Source: an uncultured virus (IMG/VR IMGVR_UViG_3300014059_000009)
Taxonomy: Duplodnaviria > Heunggongvirae > Uroviricota > Caudoviricetes
Direction: 5' to 3' (one strand)
IMG/VR virus record: IMGVR_UViG_3300014059_000009
Length of the DNA stretch: 20,000 nt
Part shown: piece after piece, positions 8,498 through 17,480 of the stretch
Position numbering within the stretch: position 1 is the stretch's first letter
How the letters are laid out: every line of letters begins with the position of its first letter
Notes under the pieces: generated by a model
Told to the model about the DNA's origin: nothing
What the model saw: the letters and a program-made list of their open reading frames with translations, nothing else
Databases searched by the model: none
Program-made: the position numbers and the translations under genes

Positions 8498-8982
8498 TGC
8501 TGAAACTACGGACAGACACTGCCTATGTCGGGCAGGACGGCAAGCTGACGCAGGCGGGCGTGGAGGCTATCCAGGGGCAGCTGGATTCCATCGTTTCGAG
8601 CATTTCTGGCATCGGCGGCTTTACATTGGCCAATTTCGCCCCGGCGGCAATCGTGACGGCACCCGAAACCATCGTGGCAAACTACGTTGATACAGCTCTC
8701 CCGACGAGCGCGGCTGTCAAGGACTACGCGGATGCGACGGTCATGCCGACCACGGCGGCGGCGGCGGTGGATGCTATCGGCGCATATGCCATGTTGAGGC
8801 AGACGACGACCAACACACCGCGAAACCCCGGCGATACATTGGCTGGCGCAAATCTTCGATACGAGAGTGTTGCGGGCAACGGTGCCGGTGGCGCTCCTCC
8901 GGGAACATGGATGCTGTGCGGGTCCATCATATCGGGCGCGGGCAACACCACGAACACTTCGCTATGGCGGCGGATTTCCTAG
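8497..8982 (+). CDS. Tail needle / short fibre-like protein (gp26 position)
   Basis: Follows gp10-like via TGATG. Short heptad region plus a C-terminal fibre-tip-like motif (GANLRY...GTWMLCG...SLWRRIS). Confidence 0.55.
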   Translation: MLKLRTDTAYVGQDGKLTQAGVEAIQGQLDSIVSSISGIGGFTLANFAPAAIVTAPETIVANYVDTALPTSAAVKDYADATVMPTTAAAAVDAIGAYAMLRQTTTNTPRNPGDTLAGANLRYESVAGNGAGGAPPGTWMLCGSIISGAGNTTNTSLWRRIS

Positions 8983-8991
8983 GGTGATGAA

Positions 8992-9348
8992 ATGATCCAA
9001 CTTCCGCCCATGAAAATCGCTCAAGGCGAGCCTTTTGGCTATGATTTCACCGTCGAAGGGCAAAACTGGACCGGATACACGGGAACAGCGACGTTCAAGC
9101 GATCCCTGAAGGCTGTTGCGGGCGTCAACTGGTGGCTCATGACGCAAGAGGAGCCGATTGTCACGGTTTCCGTCGTGGCAGATGCCACCGGGCTGGTTCA
9201 GATCGCCCTGACGAAAACGCAAACGGCTGATTTCCCGACGCTGGACCGTCAGGGATACTTCCGGCAGGCGGTTTGCCAGGTGACGATGACCAGCGGCGCT
9301 GATGTGCAGACGTTCCAGGCCCGCGTTCTAGTGGCTGCGGCGGCGTGA
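8992..9348 (+). CDS. Hypothetical virion protein, beta-sandwich (BppU N-terminal-like)
   Basis: IAQGEPFGYDFTV...WTGYTGTATFK...ATGLVQIALTKTQTADF pattern; fills the gap in the operon. SD GGTGA upstream. Confidence 0.55.
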   Translation: MIQLPPMKIAQGEPFGYDFTVEGQNWTGYTGTATFKRSLKAVAGVNWWLMTQEEPIVTVSVVADATGLVQIALTKTQTADFPTLDRQGYFRQAVCQVTMTSGADVQTFQARVLVAAAA

Positions 9349-9713
9349 TCCGCACCCTGACGGCACAAGAGGCGGTGCCTTTCTTCTGGCACCCCTATCA
9401 CGGGGACATTTCGACCGAGGACTGGATGCAATTCCGCGCCTGTGAGGGCGTTTGCGGGGCATTTCACCAGCATCTGTGGCCCGGCGTGTGGATGGTCCAT
9501 GTCGGGATGCTGAAAGACGCCAGAGGGCGCGGCGACAGGGCTGCAAGGGCCATTCTGCAGGCGTTCTCGGCAGAGGTCGGGGCCGAGCGGATCATCGGAT
9601 GGGTTCGGGAAGACAACCGGGCGGTTTTGGCGATGAGCCGCCGCGTCGGCTTTGAAATCGATGGCCGGTTGCCCCTCGCGGTGCCGGTCGCCTTGTTAGG
9701 TTGGAGGCCCTGA
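9345..9713 (+). CDS. GNAT-fold protein, P22 gp14/DUF2824-like
   Basis: VHVGML...RIIGWVREDNRAVLAMSRRVGFEIDG (GNAT NxxAxxxxxxxGF motif). Position just before the gp7-like gene; GTGA coupling. Confidence 0.75.
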   Translation: MIRTLTAQEAVPFFWHPYHGDISTEDWMQFRACEGVCGAFHQHLWPGVWMVHVGMLKDARGRGDRAARAILQAFSAEVGAERIIGWVREDNRAVLAMSRRVGFEIDGRLPLAVPVALLGWRP

Positions 9714-10580
9714 ATGGGTGCAGTAGCAGCAATCGGCGGCGCTCTTGTCCAGGCAAGCGCCGCGAAAAAGGCAGCCAAGGCGCAGACCAGCGCGGCCAAC
9801 AAGGACATCGCATTCCAGAAGGAAACGCGAGACCTGATCCGTAGCGATCTGGGCGTCTATCGCGAGGGTGGCGATCTGGCGCAGCGGGCGCTTGATTTTG
9901 AACTTGGGCTTGGGGCGCGTCCGACATTTGGCGGGACTGCGCCGCAGATCGAAACCTATTCGATTCCCGGAACGCCGCAGAATGTCTCGGTCAACGGGGG
10001 AAGCAACGGGCTTTCCGCCAAGACCGTCACCGGGTCGCCGACTACGGGGTATCGGGTTAACGGCCAGACATTCACGACGATGGCCGAGGCGCAAGCCTAT
10101 GCGGACGCCAACCGAACCGGCGGCACCGAATATGGCGGCTACACCAAAACGCCGGGTTATGACTTCCGGCTTCAGCAAGGACAGGACAGCCTTCAGTCCG
10201 GGGCGGCGGCGCGGGGCGGGCTGTATTCCGGCGCTGCCATGCGCGACCTGATGAAGTTTGGGCAGGACTACGGATCGAACGAATACGGGAACTACCTGTC
10301 CCGCCTCGGGGCGCGGGCCGATACTGGCATGGGCGCGGCGCAGATGAGCGGGCAGGCTTCGCAGCAGGCAGCGGCGGGCGTGTCGAACGCTCTTGGCAAC
10401 ATCGGCAACGCTCAAGCCGCCGGGGCCATCGGACAGGCGAACGCATGGACCGGCGGGGCGCAGAACCTCGCGGGCCTGTGGAACTACCAGAAGAACATGG
10501 GGGGGCAGACCGGGGCCAACGGCAACGGCAGCTTCTTCAACGGACTGTTTGGCGGCAATGGGCTGGGAGGCTTTAGCTGA
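9714..10580 (+). CDS. DNA ejection (pilot) protein, P22 gp7-like
   Basis: Hydrophobic Gly/Ala N-terminus then AAKKAAKAQ; TPGYDFRLQQG...AAARGGLYSGA...YGNYLSRLG; Gly/Asn-rich tail. Confidence 0.85.
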   Translation: MGAVAAIGGALVQASAAKKAAKAQTSAANKDIAFQKETRDLIRSDLGVYREGGDLAQRALDFELGLGARPTFGGTAPQIETYSIPGTPQNVSVNGGSNGLSAKTVTGSPTTGYRVNGQTFTTMAEAQAYADANRTGGTEYGGYTKTPGYDFRLQQGQDSLQSGAAARGGLYSGAAMRDLMKFGQDYGSNEYGNYLSRLGARADTGMGAAQMSGQASQQAAAGVSNALGNIGNAQAAGAIGQANAWTGGAQNLAGLWNYQKNMGGQTGANGNGSFFNGLFGGNGLGGFS

Positions 10581-11215
10581 TGACAGGCAACGATTGGCTG
10601 AAATATTCCAACCAAGGGGCCACGAGAAACGATCCTCTGGACCCCGCGCTTATCGGCGCCATGAGTTTCCTCGGCGACATGGGCATCACGATGGACGTGA
10701 TTTCCGGCGGGCAGGAAGCGGCAGGAGAAGGTGGCGCGCGCACCGGGTCTGTCCGCCACGACCACGGCGGCGCTGGGGATGTGGACTTCTACAAGGACGG
10801 TCGGAAGCTCGACTGGAACAACCCGAACGACATGCCAATCCTTGTGCAGATCATTCAGACGGCCAAGGCCAACGGCGTAACCGGCATCGGCGCTGGCGAT
10901 GATTACATGGGGGCTGGCCGCTTCCATGTCGGCTTTGGCAACCCCGGCGTCTGGGGTGCGGGCGGCAAGGGTGCGAATGCGCCTGCCTGGCTTGTGGCGG
11001 CCTATAACGGCGCGCCCGCCGGGAAGGTTCCTTCCCCCGGCAACGCAACGCCTTGGCAGCCGCAGGGCCAACAGAATGCGCTGGCGGGGCCGTTTGGCGT
11101 TCAGGGGCAATCCGCGCAGAACACCCTCGCGCAGCAGCCGCAATTCCAATGGACCGACATGCGCAGCGACCCTGCCATGTTCATGAACCGCCGCAACAGC
11201 TTGGCGATGGGGTGA
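10580..11215 (+). CDS. Putative virion-associated peptidoglycan peptidase (LAS/M15-like Zn peptidase) with low-complexity tail
   Basis: VISGG...SVRHDHGGAGDVD (H-x6-D) and GIG...RFHVG. P/Q/A-rich C-terminus; TGATG coupling to the gp7-like gene. Confidence 0.65.
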   Translation: MTGNDWLKYSNQGATRNDPLDPALIGAMSFLGDMGITMDVISGGQEAAGEGGARTGSVRHDHGGAGDVDFYKDGRKLDWNNPNDMPILVQIIQTAKANGVTGIGAGDDYMGAGRFHVGFGNPGVWGAGGKGANAPAWLVAAYNGAPAGKVPSPGNATPWQPQGQQNALAGPFGVQGQSAQNTLAQQPQFQWTDMRSDPAMFMNRRNSLAMG

Positions 11216-11219
11216 CGAC

Positions 11220-12422
11220 ATGACGCTGAACGCTGGCATCATCCTCGGCGGCCAAACCCCGGACATCCTCGGCGCGATGGACAAGGGCCGGGCGATGGCC
11301 GAGAGCCAGATCAACCTGAACCGCCAAAACGCGCTTGCCGAGCTTTACCGGACGCAGGGGGCACAGATTGCGGCGGGGGACCAGGCCGCGCTGAACGCAC
11401 TGGCGCAGTTTGATCCGAACGCTTCGCTGGGGGTGCAGCAAAACCGGCTGGGCATCCAGGCGCAGCAACAGGATCTCGAATTCAGTGCCGAAAAAATGCA
11501 GATGCTGCGCGACGAAAGCAAGCGCGAGGCCGCTGCCGCCCTGACGGCACAGGCCGACAAGCTGACAGCGGAGCAACTGGCGGCGGAACAGAAAGCCCTG
11601 TCAGATGCCCTTTCCGGTGGTGCGTTCTTTTACCAGAACAAGGACAAGGCGGGCTATGATGCCTTCCTCACATCCAAGGGGCTGGACCCGGCGGAATTCC
11701 CGTTTGAGAGCTTCCCGGCTCATGCCGCGACGGTGGAGGGTGTTCTTGAGGCTATGAAGGCATTCCAGCCCGCAGAGGCGGCGAAACCGCTCACGGAGGC
11801 CGCGCAACTCAAGGCTGACCTAGATGCAGGGCGCATTGATCAGGCCACCTATGAGTCCGAAATGGCCCGCCGCGCACCGAAGGGGAGCAAGATTTCCTTC
11901 GACCCGGCGACCGGGGCCATGACCATTGAGGAGGGCGTGGGGGTCGGCGGAGAGTCGGCGACATCCGGGGATGCGCTGCGGACTTCCATGACCGACGCGC
12001 AGAACGTCATCAGCCTGATTGACGAAATTGCCAAAGACAAGGCCCTTCCCGGCGTGACCGGGGCTTATGAAGGCGGCGGTGGCAACAACGTTGATGAATT
12101 CGGCTTTGGTCGCCGCGCCTATTACGGCGACAAGGGCTTGGCCGTGATCCAGAAGATTGCCCAACTGCAAGGCAACGCATGGCTTGGCGCGCGCGCGCTA
12201 CTCAAGGGCGGCGGGGCAATCACCGACTATGAAAGCCGGAAGGCCGAAAGCGCTATGGCCACGCTTTCACGGGCGCAGGGTGATGCGGAATTCAAGGCCG
12301 CGCTGAAAGACCTGAAGGACGCAATTCGCGATGGTATGGCGAAACTCAACGGGGCGGGTGGTTCCGGTTCGCAGGCGGGCTTTGATCAGGCAGAGATTGA
12401 CGCCCTAATGAATGGGCCATGA
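11220..12422 (+). CDS. DNA ejection protein (gp20 position)
   Basis: 400 aa, Ala/Gln-rich and helical, with LKGGGAITDYESRKA near the C-terminus; lies between gp7-like and gp16-like genes. Confidence 0.7.
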   Translation: MTLNAGIILGGQTPDILGAMDKGRAMAESQINLNRQNALAELYRTQGAQIAAGDQAALNALAQFDPNASLGVQQNRLGIQAQQQDLEFSAEKMQMLRDESKREAAAALTAQADKLTAEQLAAEQKALSDALSGGAFFYQNKDKAGYDAFLTSKGLDPAEFPFESFPAHAATVEGVLEAMKAFQPAEAAKPLTEAAQLKADLDAGRIDQATYESEMARRAPKGSKISFDPATGAMTIEEGVGVGGESATSGDALRTSMTDAQNVISLIDEIAKDKALPGVTGAYEGGGGNNVDEFGFGRRAYYGDKGLAVIQKIAQLQGNAWLGARALLKGGGAITDYESRKAESAMATLSRAQGDAEFKAALKDLKDAIRDGMAKLNGAGGSGSQAGFDQAEIDALMNGP

Positions 12423-12555
12423 CCGCCAGCGAATAGCGCGCCAGGACAAACGTGAAAAACGCGGTGCAGGCGAAGGCAAGGCCAAGATCGCCCACCGCGT
12501 ACCAGAACGCCAAGAAGTAGACGGCCAGAATGGCCCAGAGCCAACGCAAGCGCAT
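12346..12555 (-). CDS. Small antisense membrane protein (69 aa, two predicted TM helices)
   Basis: MRLRWLWAILAVYFLAFWYAVGDLGLAFACTAFFTFVLARYSLAVMAH... Its hydrophobic part occupies the 153-nt gap (12423-12575) in an otherwise tightly packed + strand operon. Confidence 0.6.
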   Translation of the reverse strand: MRLRWLWAILAVYFLAFWYAVGDLGLAFACTAFFTFVLARYSLAVMAHSLGRQSLPDQSPPANRNHPPR

Positions 12556-12561
12556 CCCCGC

Positions 12562-12590
12562 AGTATAGGTGATTCATGGCAACTGTGGAA
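12562..12590 (-). promoter_or_regulatory. Putative promoter for a leaderless antisense transcript
   Basis: On the minus strand: TTCCAC (12590-12585), 17-nt spacer, TATACT (12567-12562), then 6 nt, then ATG at 12555. Confidence 0.5.
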
Positions 12591-14741
12591 GAAGTTCTCG
12601 CCAAGGCTGATGCTTGGGAAAAGGCTGGGAAGCCGGAGAACGCCGCCAAGCTGCGCGCTTATGCAGAAACCCTGCCTAAAGCCGCCCCGAAATATGACGC
12701 GGCGACAGTCGAAGCGAAGGCGGCGGAATGGGAAAAAGCTGGCCAGCCCGAGAAGGCTGCGAAGTTGCGCGAGTTCGCGACAACGCTCCCCAAGCCAGAT
12801 ATGCCGAAGGTTGATCCCATCAAGGAAGGCCCGGTCGCAGTGGTCCCCGGTGCTGCACAAGCGCAGACCGAAGAACAGATGCGCGCCAGCCGGTTCGCGC
12901 AGTTCGAGGAAGCAAACCCTGCGCTGAAAGGCCGCTTCACCGTCGAGAATTTCCCCAGCGTCGGCGAAACGGTATTTTCGGGCGGCGGTGGCGGCAAGTC
13001 AGGCGGCGCGCGCTACACGGTCAAGGGCTACGTGGGAGGCGGCAAGGAAGACACCTTCGGCGACACCGCCGCCGCGATGGTGGAAGGCCCCGTCGCTGGA
13101 ATGAAAGCCTTCGCTGGCGGCCTCTCTGGCGGCCCCAGCCCGTCGCGCGACTATCTCGCCAATGACCCGCTGACCAAAAACCTGCCCGGCCCGGTTCTCA
13201 CCGGCCTTGGCGCCTTCGGCGACCTGGGTGGAGCGGGGCTTTCCGCTCTCGGCGCTGGCATTTCGGGGGCTATCGGTCTCGGGGCGGAACTTGTGCCGGG
13301 GCAAGGCGCAACCGACGAGCGGAAGCTTGCGGAAGACCTGACCGGAATGACGATGTTCGCGGTGCCGGAACTGGCGGGCGCGTCGTCTATCCCAGCCAGA
13401 ATGGCCGCTGCGGCCCCCAAGGCCGCGCCGGTCGTGGCAAAGGCCGCGCCGAAGATGGCCGAGGACGTAGCGGCGGCTGATCGCCTCGGCATCCCCGTCA
13501 TGCGCAGCGACGTGAAGCCCCCGTCAACGGCTATCGGGAAGGTGGCGCAGCGCGTCGGCGAAAGCATCCCTTTTGCCGGGACAGCTGGAATGCGGGCCAA
13601 GCAATTCAAGGCCCGCGCGGCGGCTGTTGCTGATTTCGTGCGGGAATATGTCGGAGACACGATCCTGCCCGCAATCGACAGCGTGACTTCGGCCATGCTG
13701 GAAAAGCGCAGCGCCGACCTAAAGCGTTTCGCCGGAATGAAGACTGCCGTTGTCGAGAAGTTGAAGGAAAAGGGCGCGGTCCCGGTTCCGAAGGCGACGG
13801 CGGAAATCGACAAGCAGATTGCGAACCTGAAGGCGCAACGCCTCGGCGAGTTGGACCCCGTCATCGCCAAGTTGGAGGACTTCAAGCGCAGCCTCGCGGA
13901 TCAGCCACTGGACGTGCTGGAGAAGAACCGCAAGGCCGTTGGCAGCGCTTTCGCTGATCCGGGGCTGGCGAATATTCGTGACGCGGGGGAGAAGGCCCTG
14001 TCGGCGATTTACGGGCCTCTGCGGGACGATATTTCGGCTTTTGTGAAGTCCGCGGGTGGTGCGGATGATCTGGTGAAGTGGCAGCGGGCCAATTCGCAGC
14101 TTTCCGACATGGCGGGGCAACTGAAAAATGGGGCGCTGAAAAGCGTCCTGACCAAGGGCGAAGCGACGCCGGAAACCGTGCGGCAGATGCTTTTCAGCCA
14201 AAAGCCTTCGGACGTGAAGCGGCTGGCGGAAAACCTGCCCGAAAACGGCAAGGCGGCGGCGCGGACAGCCATTGTCCAGGAAGCCATCGCCAAGTCCGGC
14301 GGGATCGAGAACATCAGCGTCGAGCGGTTTGTGAACGCGCTGGAGCGGTTTAACACGCAGATCGGGGTATTTTTCAAGGGCGACGATCTGGAAGCCGCAA
14401 CCGGGCTTCTGCGGGCGCTGAAACTGACGGAACATGCCAGCAAGGCCGGGGCCGCGCCGTTGACCGGGGCGCAGAACGTGCCAGCCGCGATCACGCTGAT
14501 GCTGTCCAGCTTCACCGGCGGCAGCATCGTCGGGACTTCGGCTGCATTGGGCACCATTGGCACCATCGCCCGGATTTACGAAAGCACGGGCGTCAAGACC
14601 GCGCTTCGCCGCCTCGGAAAGATGCAGGGGCCGAAAGCGGAAGCGACTGGTCTCAAGATGCTTGATGACGCGATCAAGAAGGCGGGCGTCCCCGCTTCGA
14701 CACAAGCGGCAAACGTGCCGATGGCCGTCGGCCAAAACTAA
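12576..14741 (+). CDS. DNA ejection protein, P22 gp16-like
   Basis: 721 aa. SDVKPPSTAIGKVAQRVGESIPFAGTAGMRAKQ and GEATPETVRQMLFSQKPSDVKRL resemble P22 gp16 segments as I recall them; expected position. Confidence 0.8.
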   Translation: MATVEEVLAKADAWEKAGKPENAAKLRAYAETLPKAAPKYDAATVEAKAAEWEKAGQPEKAAKLREFATTLPKPDMPKVDPIKEGPVAVVPGAAQAQTEEQMRASRFAQFEEANPALKGRFTVENFPSVGETVFSGGGGGKSGGARYTVKGYVGGGKEDTFGDTAAAMVEGPVAGMKAFAGGLSGGPSPSRDYLANDPLTKNLPGPVLTGLGAFGDLGGAGLSALGAGISGAIGLGAELVPGQGATDERKLAEDLTGMTMFAVPELAGASSIPARMAAAAPKAAPVVAKAAPKMAEDVAAADRLGIPVMRSDVKPPSTAIGKVAQRVGESIPFAGTAGMRAKQFKARAAAVADFVREYVGDTILPAIDSVTSAMLEKRSADLKRFAGMKTAVVEKLKEKGAVPVPKATAEIDKQIANLKAQRLGELDPVIAKLEDFKRSLADQPLDVLEKNRKAVGSAFADPGLANIRDAGEKALSAIYGPLRDDISAFVKSAGGADDLVKWQRANSQLSDMAGQLKNGALKSVLTKGEATPETVRQMLFSQKPSDVKRLAENLPENGKAAARTAIVQEAIAKSGGIENISVERFVNALERFNTQIGVFFKGDDLEAATGLLRALKLTEHASKAGAAPLTGAQNVPAAITLMLSSFTGGSIVGTSAALGTIGTIARIYESTGVKTALRRLGKMQGPKAEATGLKMLDDAIKKAGVPASTQAANVPMAVGQN
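12594..12794 (+). repeat. Tandem protein-level duplication (period 38 aa) at the gp16-like N-terminus
   Basis: VLAKADAWEKAGKPENAAKLRAYAETLPK versus VEAKAAEWEKAGQPEKAAKLREFATTLPK. Confidence 0.85.
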
Positions 14742-14762
14742 CCCACACGCAGGAGCCTTTTC

Positions 14763-15941
14763 ATGGCAAACCAGCTCATCCTCGGGCGGGCGCTTGACGC
14801 CAATGGCTACATCGCGCCTGGTGCGAAGGCCGCGATCTATGCGGATGGCACGTCCACGCTGATCTCGGTCTATTCCGACAGCGCGGGAACCGTGGCAGCG
14901 ACCAACCCGATTGTCGCCGATGCCGATGGCTTTTGGCCTCAGCGATTTGTGACCGAGGATGCCAAGGCGGTTGTTACCACTTCGGCGGACGTGGCGCTTT
15001 ACACGCTGGACCCATGCCCGACTTCTCAGGGCACGGGGGCGGCGGCTTCCGCTGTCAGTTTCTCCCCAACGGTCGATCTTCCGCAGACCAACGTGCAGGA
15101 TGCGATTGAAGCGGCAGCCGCCCTGTCGATCACTGGTGTCTCGGCCTTCGGGTTGGGCGTGACGGGCAACTCGGGGCTAATTGCCAACTTGGATGCGACC
15201 GGCGTGGCTTCTGGATCGTATCGGTTCGACGGCACCACGACCGGCACCTTTCCGACCGGGGTCGCCGCGTCAGACACTGGCATTATCGAGACGTGGCGCG
15301 AAACGTCATCCTCGGCGGTGATGTGGCTCTACCCGGATGCGACACCTGACAGGGCCTTCTTCCGGCGCATGGCTGCTTCCGCTTGGGGGTCGTGGCGGCA
15401 GGTCTACCTTGCCACGGCCAGCGGCTCCACCCAGACGATCTGGCTGCCTGCCGGATCATTTACTCCGACCACGACCAACGGAGCGGCCTACGCCTCGCAG
15501 GAACTGGCGACAAATGATGTGATGGTTGCGGGCTACGACTTCAGTGCCAGCGACCGGCAGAACGTCCAAACCATGATCGCGATGCCGAAGTCGTGGAACG
15601 AAAGTGCGGTCACTGCGCAGGTGCTGTGGAAGGATGCCACGACCGCTGGGGCGGGTGACGTGATCTGGGGCGTCCAGTGCCTTGCGGTTGGAAACGATGA
15701 CGCAATGGATGCTGCATTCGGATCGGGCATCACCTCGACCGACACATTCATCACTGCCGGAGACCTGCACATCGCCCCGACGACTGCGGCAATCACGGCT
15801 TCTGGCTCTCCTGCTGAAGGCGACCTGCTGATCGTGCAGGTATACCGTGACGCGGCGGCAGGCGGGGACACCTACACCCAGCTCGCGCGGTTTATCGGTG
15901 TCCGCCTGTTCTACACGATTAACGCCGGGGAAGATAACTGA
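14763..15941 (+). CDS. Tail fibre/spike with N-terminal virion-attachment domain and pyocin-knob-like module
   Basis: N-terminus LDANGYIAPGAKAAIYADGTST..VYSD....NPIVADADG is typical of podovirus RBP anchors; NLDA...GSYRF...TFP...FFRR...WGSWRQV is a knob-like motif. SD AGGAG upstream. Confidence 0.75.
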   Translation: MANQLILGRALDANGYIAPGAKAAIYADGTSTLISVYSDSAGTVAATNPIVADADGFWPQRFVTEDAKAVVTTSADVALYTLDPCPTSQGTGAAASAVSFSPTVDLPQTNVQDAIEAAAALSITGVSAFGLGVTGNSGLIANLDATGVASGSYRFDGTTTGTFPTGVAASDTGIIETWRETSSSAVMWLYPDATPDRAFFRRMAASAWGSWRQVYLATASGSTQTIWLPAGSFTPTTTNGAAYASQELATNDVMVAGYDFSASDRQNVQTMIAMPKSWNESAVTAQVLWKDATTAGAGDVIWGVQCLAVGNDDAMDAAFGSGITSTDTFITAGDLHIAPTTAAITASGSPAEGDLLIVQVYRDAAAGGDTYTQLARFIGVRLFYTINAGEDN

Positions 15942-16612
15942 TGCTCCGGGTGAATCAGCTTTCGGGGTTCGGAGGGCAGGCGAACTCAGGAATTACGATC
16001 ACCACGGGGGCGGCGTCGAACACAAATACCCCCAGCTTCACGGTGGACCTCGGTCCGCCTGGGCCAAAGCAAGTCCTTTGCGCGTTTGCCTGCCACGACA
16101 CAGCAGGCAGTGTGCCGTGGACATGGGGGACCGGATCGGTTGGCGGCGAAGCGTTCACCTACGTCAAGACCGGCACCCAGGAAAATGCCGGGAACGGTGG
16201 CGCTTTCACGGGCGGCGCTACTGTCCGCGCCCTCACAACGTCTCTCGGCGGGACGCAAACGGTCTCCATTCCCATGACATGGGGCGGCACAATGAACGCG
16301 ACGGCCATGCTGGCCATTGTTGTTCGCGGGGTTAGCCCGACGGCACTGTCCTATGACGGCGGCAACAATCAAGGCGGGGTGGGGCCAGGGAATGACGTTA
16401 CGCTGAACACTGCGGGCGCGCGAATAGTGATCTGTGCCGCTGCGGCTCTGGCATCGCCGCCCGGCAGCTTTCAAGGGCCTGGGGTGGAAGTCACGGCCTA
16501 CACCAGTGGAAACATATCTCTCGGATATGACCTCGGACCGGCGGGGGGGGCATCGGATACCTATTCCTTTGCAGGTGGCAAATACGTTATTTCTGGGGCT
16601 GCCTTCGGATGA
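15941..16612 (+). CDS. Tail-associated hypothetical protein (Gly/Thr/Ser-rich, beta)
   Basis: MLRVNQLSGFG start; TGATG coupling to the fibre gene. Confidence 0.65.
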   Translation: MLRVNQLSGFGGQANSGITITTGAASNTNTPSFTVDLGPPGPKQVLCAFACHDTAGSVPWTWGTGSVGGEAFTYVKTGTQENAGNGGAFTGGATVRALTTSLGGTQTVSIPMTWGGTMNATAMLAIVVRGVSPTALSYDGGNNQGGVGPGNDVTLNTAGARIVICAAAALASPPGSFQGPGVEVTAYTSGNISLGYDLGPAGGASDTYSFAGGKYVISGAAFG

Positions 16613-16992
16613 TCCGTAACGCGCTGGCGGCCATAGCGGCGGCAAACAGCCTCGCCGGTCAACCGAGTGTTATCCTCGCCAGCAGCCCAACGACCCACGC
16701 AGACGGGTCGATTACATGGAACCCCCCGAAACGATACGACCACGCTTTCGACGGCAAGGAGACGATTCGCCGCCTGCCACAATCCGAAGTGCCGGAAGCC
16801 TGCAAGAAATTGTTCAAGGACGCCGGTCTGGATATCGAAGTCGGCCCAAACCAGAAGGGCTGCGGTGTCTACCGGGGCAAGAACGGCATCATCATCGTGA
16901 TTGACCGACCATTCATGGGGGCAACCCCGGAAGCGGTCATCCGCCACGAGCGCGGCCACCTGAACGGCTGGCCATCCGACCACAGAGACTGA
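16609..16992 (+). CDS. Small protein with possible signal peptide and C-terminal HExxH zincin motif
   Basis: [18 protein letters not shown]-terminus, two Cys, IIIVID strand, then [20 protein letters not shown] coupling. Confidence 0.65.
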   Translation: MIRNALAAIAAANSLAGQPSVILASSPTTHADGSITWNPPKRYDHAFDGKETIRRLPQSEVPEACKKLFKDAGLDIEVGPNQKGCGVYRGKNGIIIVIDRPFMGATPEAVIRHERGHLNGWPSDHRD

Positions 16993-16999
16993 GGTTCCA

Positions 17000-17479
17000 A
17001 TGACCGTCATCGTTCCATCGCGCCCCGCCCGCCCCATTCGCGTGGACGGGGGCGGGCGCATTCCCGCAGGCGGCACGACGGGGCAGGCCCTCGTCAAGTC
17101 GGCTGACGCCGACTATGCGACCACATGGGCAACCGCCTCTGGTGGCGGCGGTGTGACCGACGGCGACAAGGGCGACATCACGGTGTCGGGGTCGGGCGCG
17201 GCCTGGACCATCGACGCCGGGGCCGTGACGGTTTCGAAAATGGCGAACCTCGCCGCCAGCACGATCCTTGGCAACAACACCGGCGGCGCGGCGGCACCTA
17301 TCGCCCTGTCTGCGGCGCAGGCGACCGCGCTTCTCGACACGTTCACCAGCGGCGCGAAGGGCCTCGCCCCGGCGTCCGGGGGCGGGACGACCAACTTCCT
17401 GCGCGCTGATGGCACTTGGGCCGCTCCGTCTGGTGGTGGCGGTGGCGGCGCTCCGCAAATTCTCTCATGGGTGATCTGA
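17000..17479 (+). CDS. Tail fibre-related protein
   Basis: [38 protein letters not shown] and [12 protein letters not shown] fibre-shaft motifs. SD GAGG upstream. Confidence 0.7.
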   Translation: MTVIVPSRPARPIRVDGGGRIPAGGTTGQALVKSADADYATTWATASGGGGVTDGDKGDITVSGSGAAWTIDAGAVTVSKMANLAASTILGNNTGGAAAPIALSAAQATALLDTFTSGAKGLAPASGGGTTNFLRADGTWAAPSGGGGGGAPQILSWVI

Positions 17480-17480
17480 C

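Noticed and set aside
12412..12927. + strand 171-aa ORF bridging the gap between ejection genes, or a readthrough fusion of the two genes
   Set aside because: Mostly an out-of-frame overlap with the gp16-like gene with non-protein-like composition. A second in-frame TGA in the gap blocks readthrough, and no slippery site was seen.
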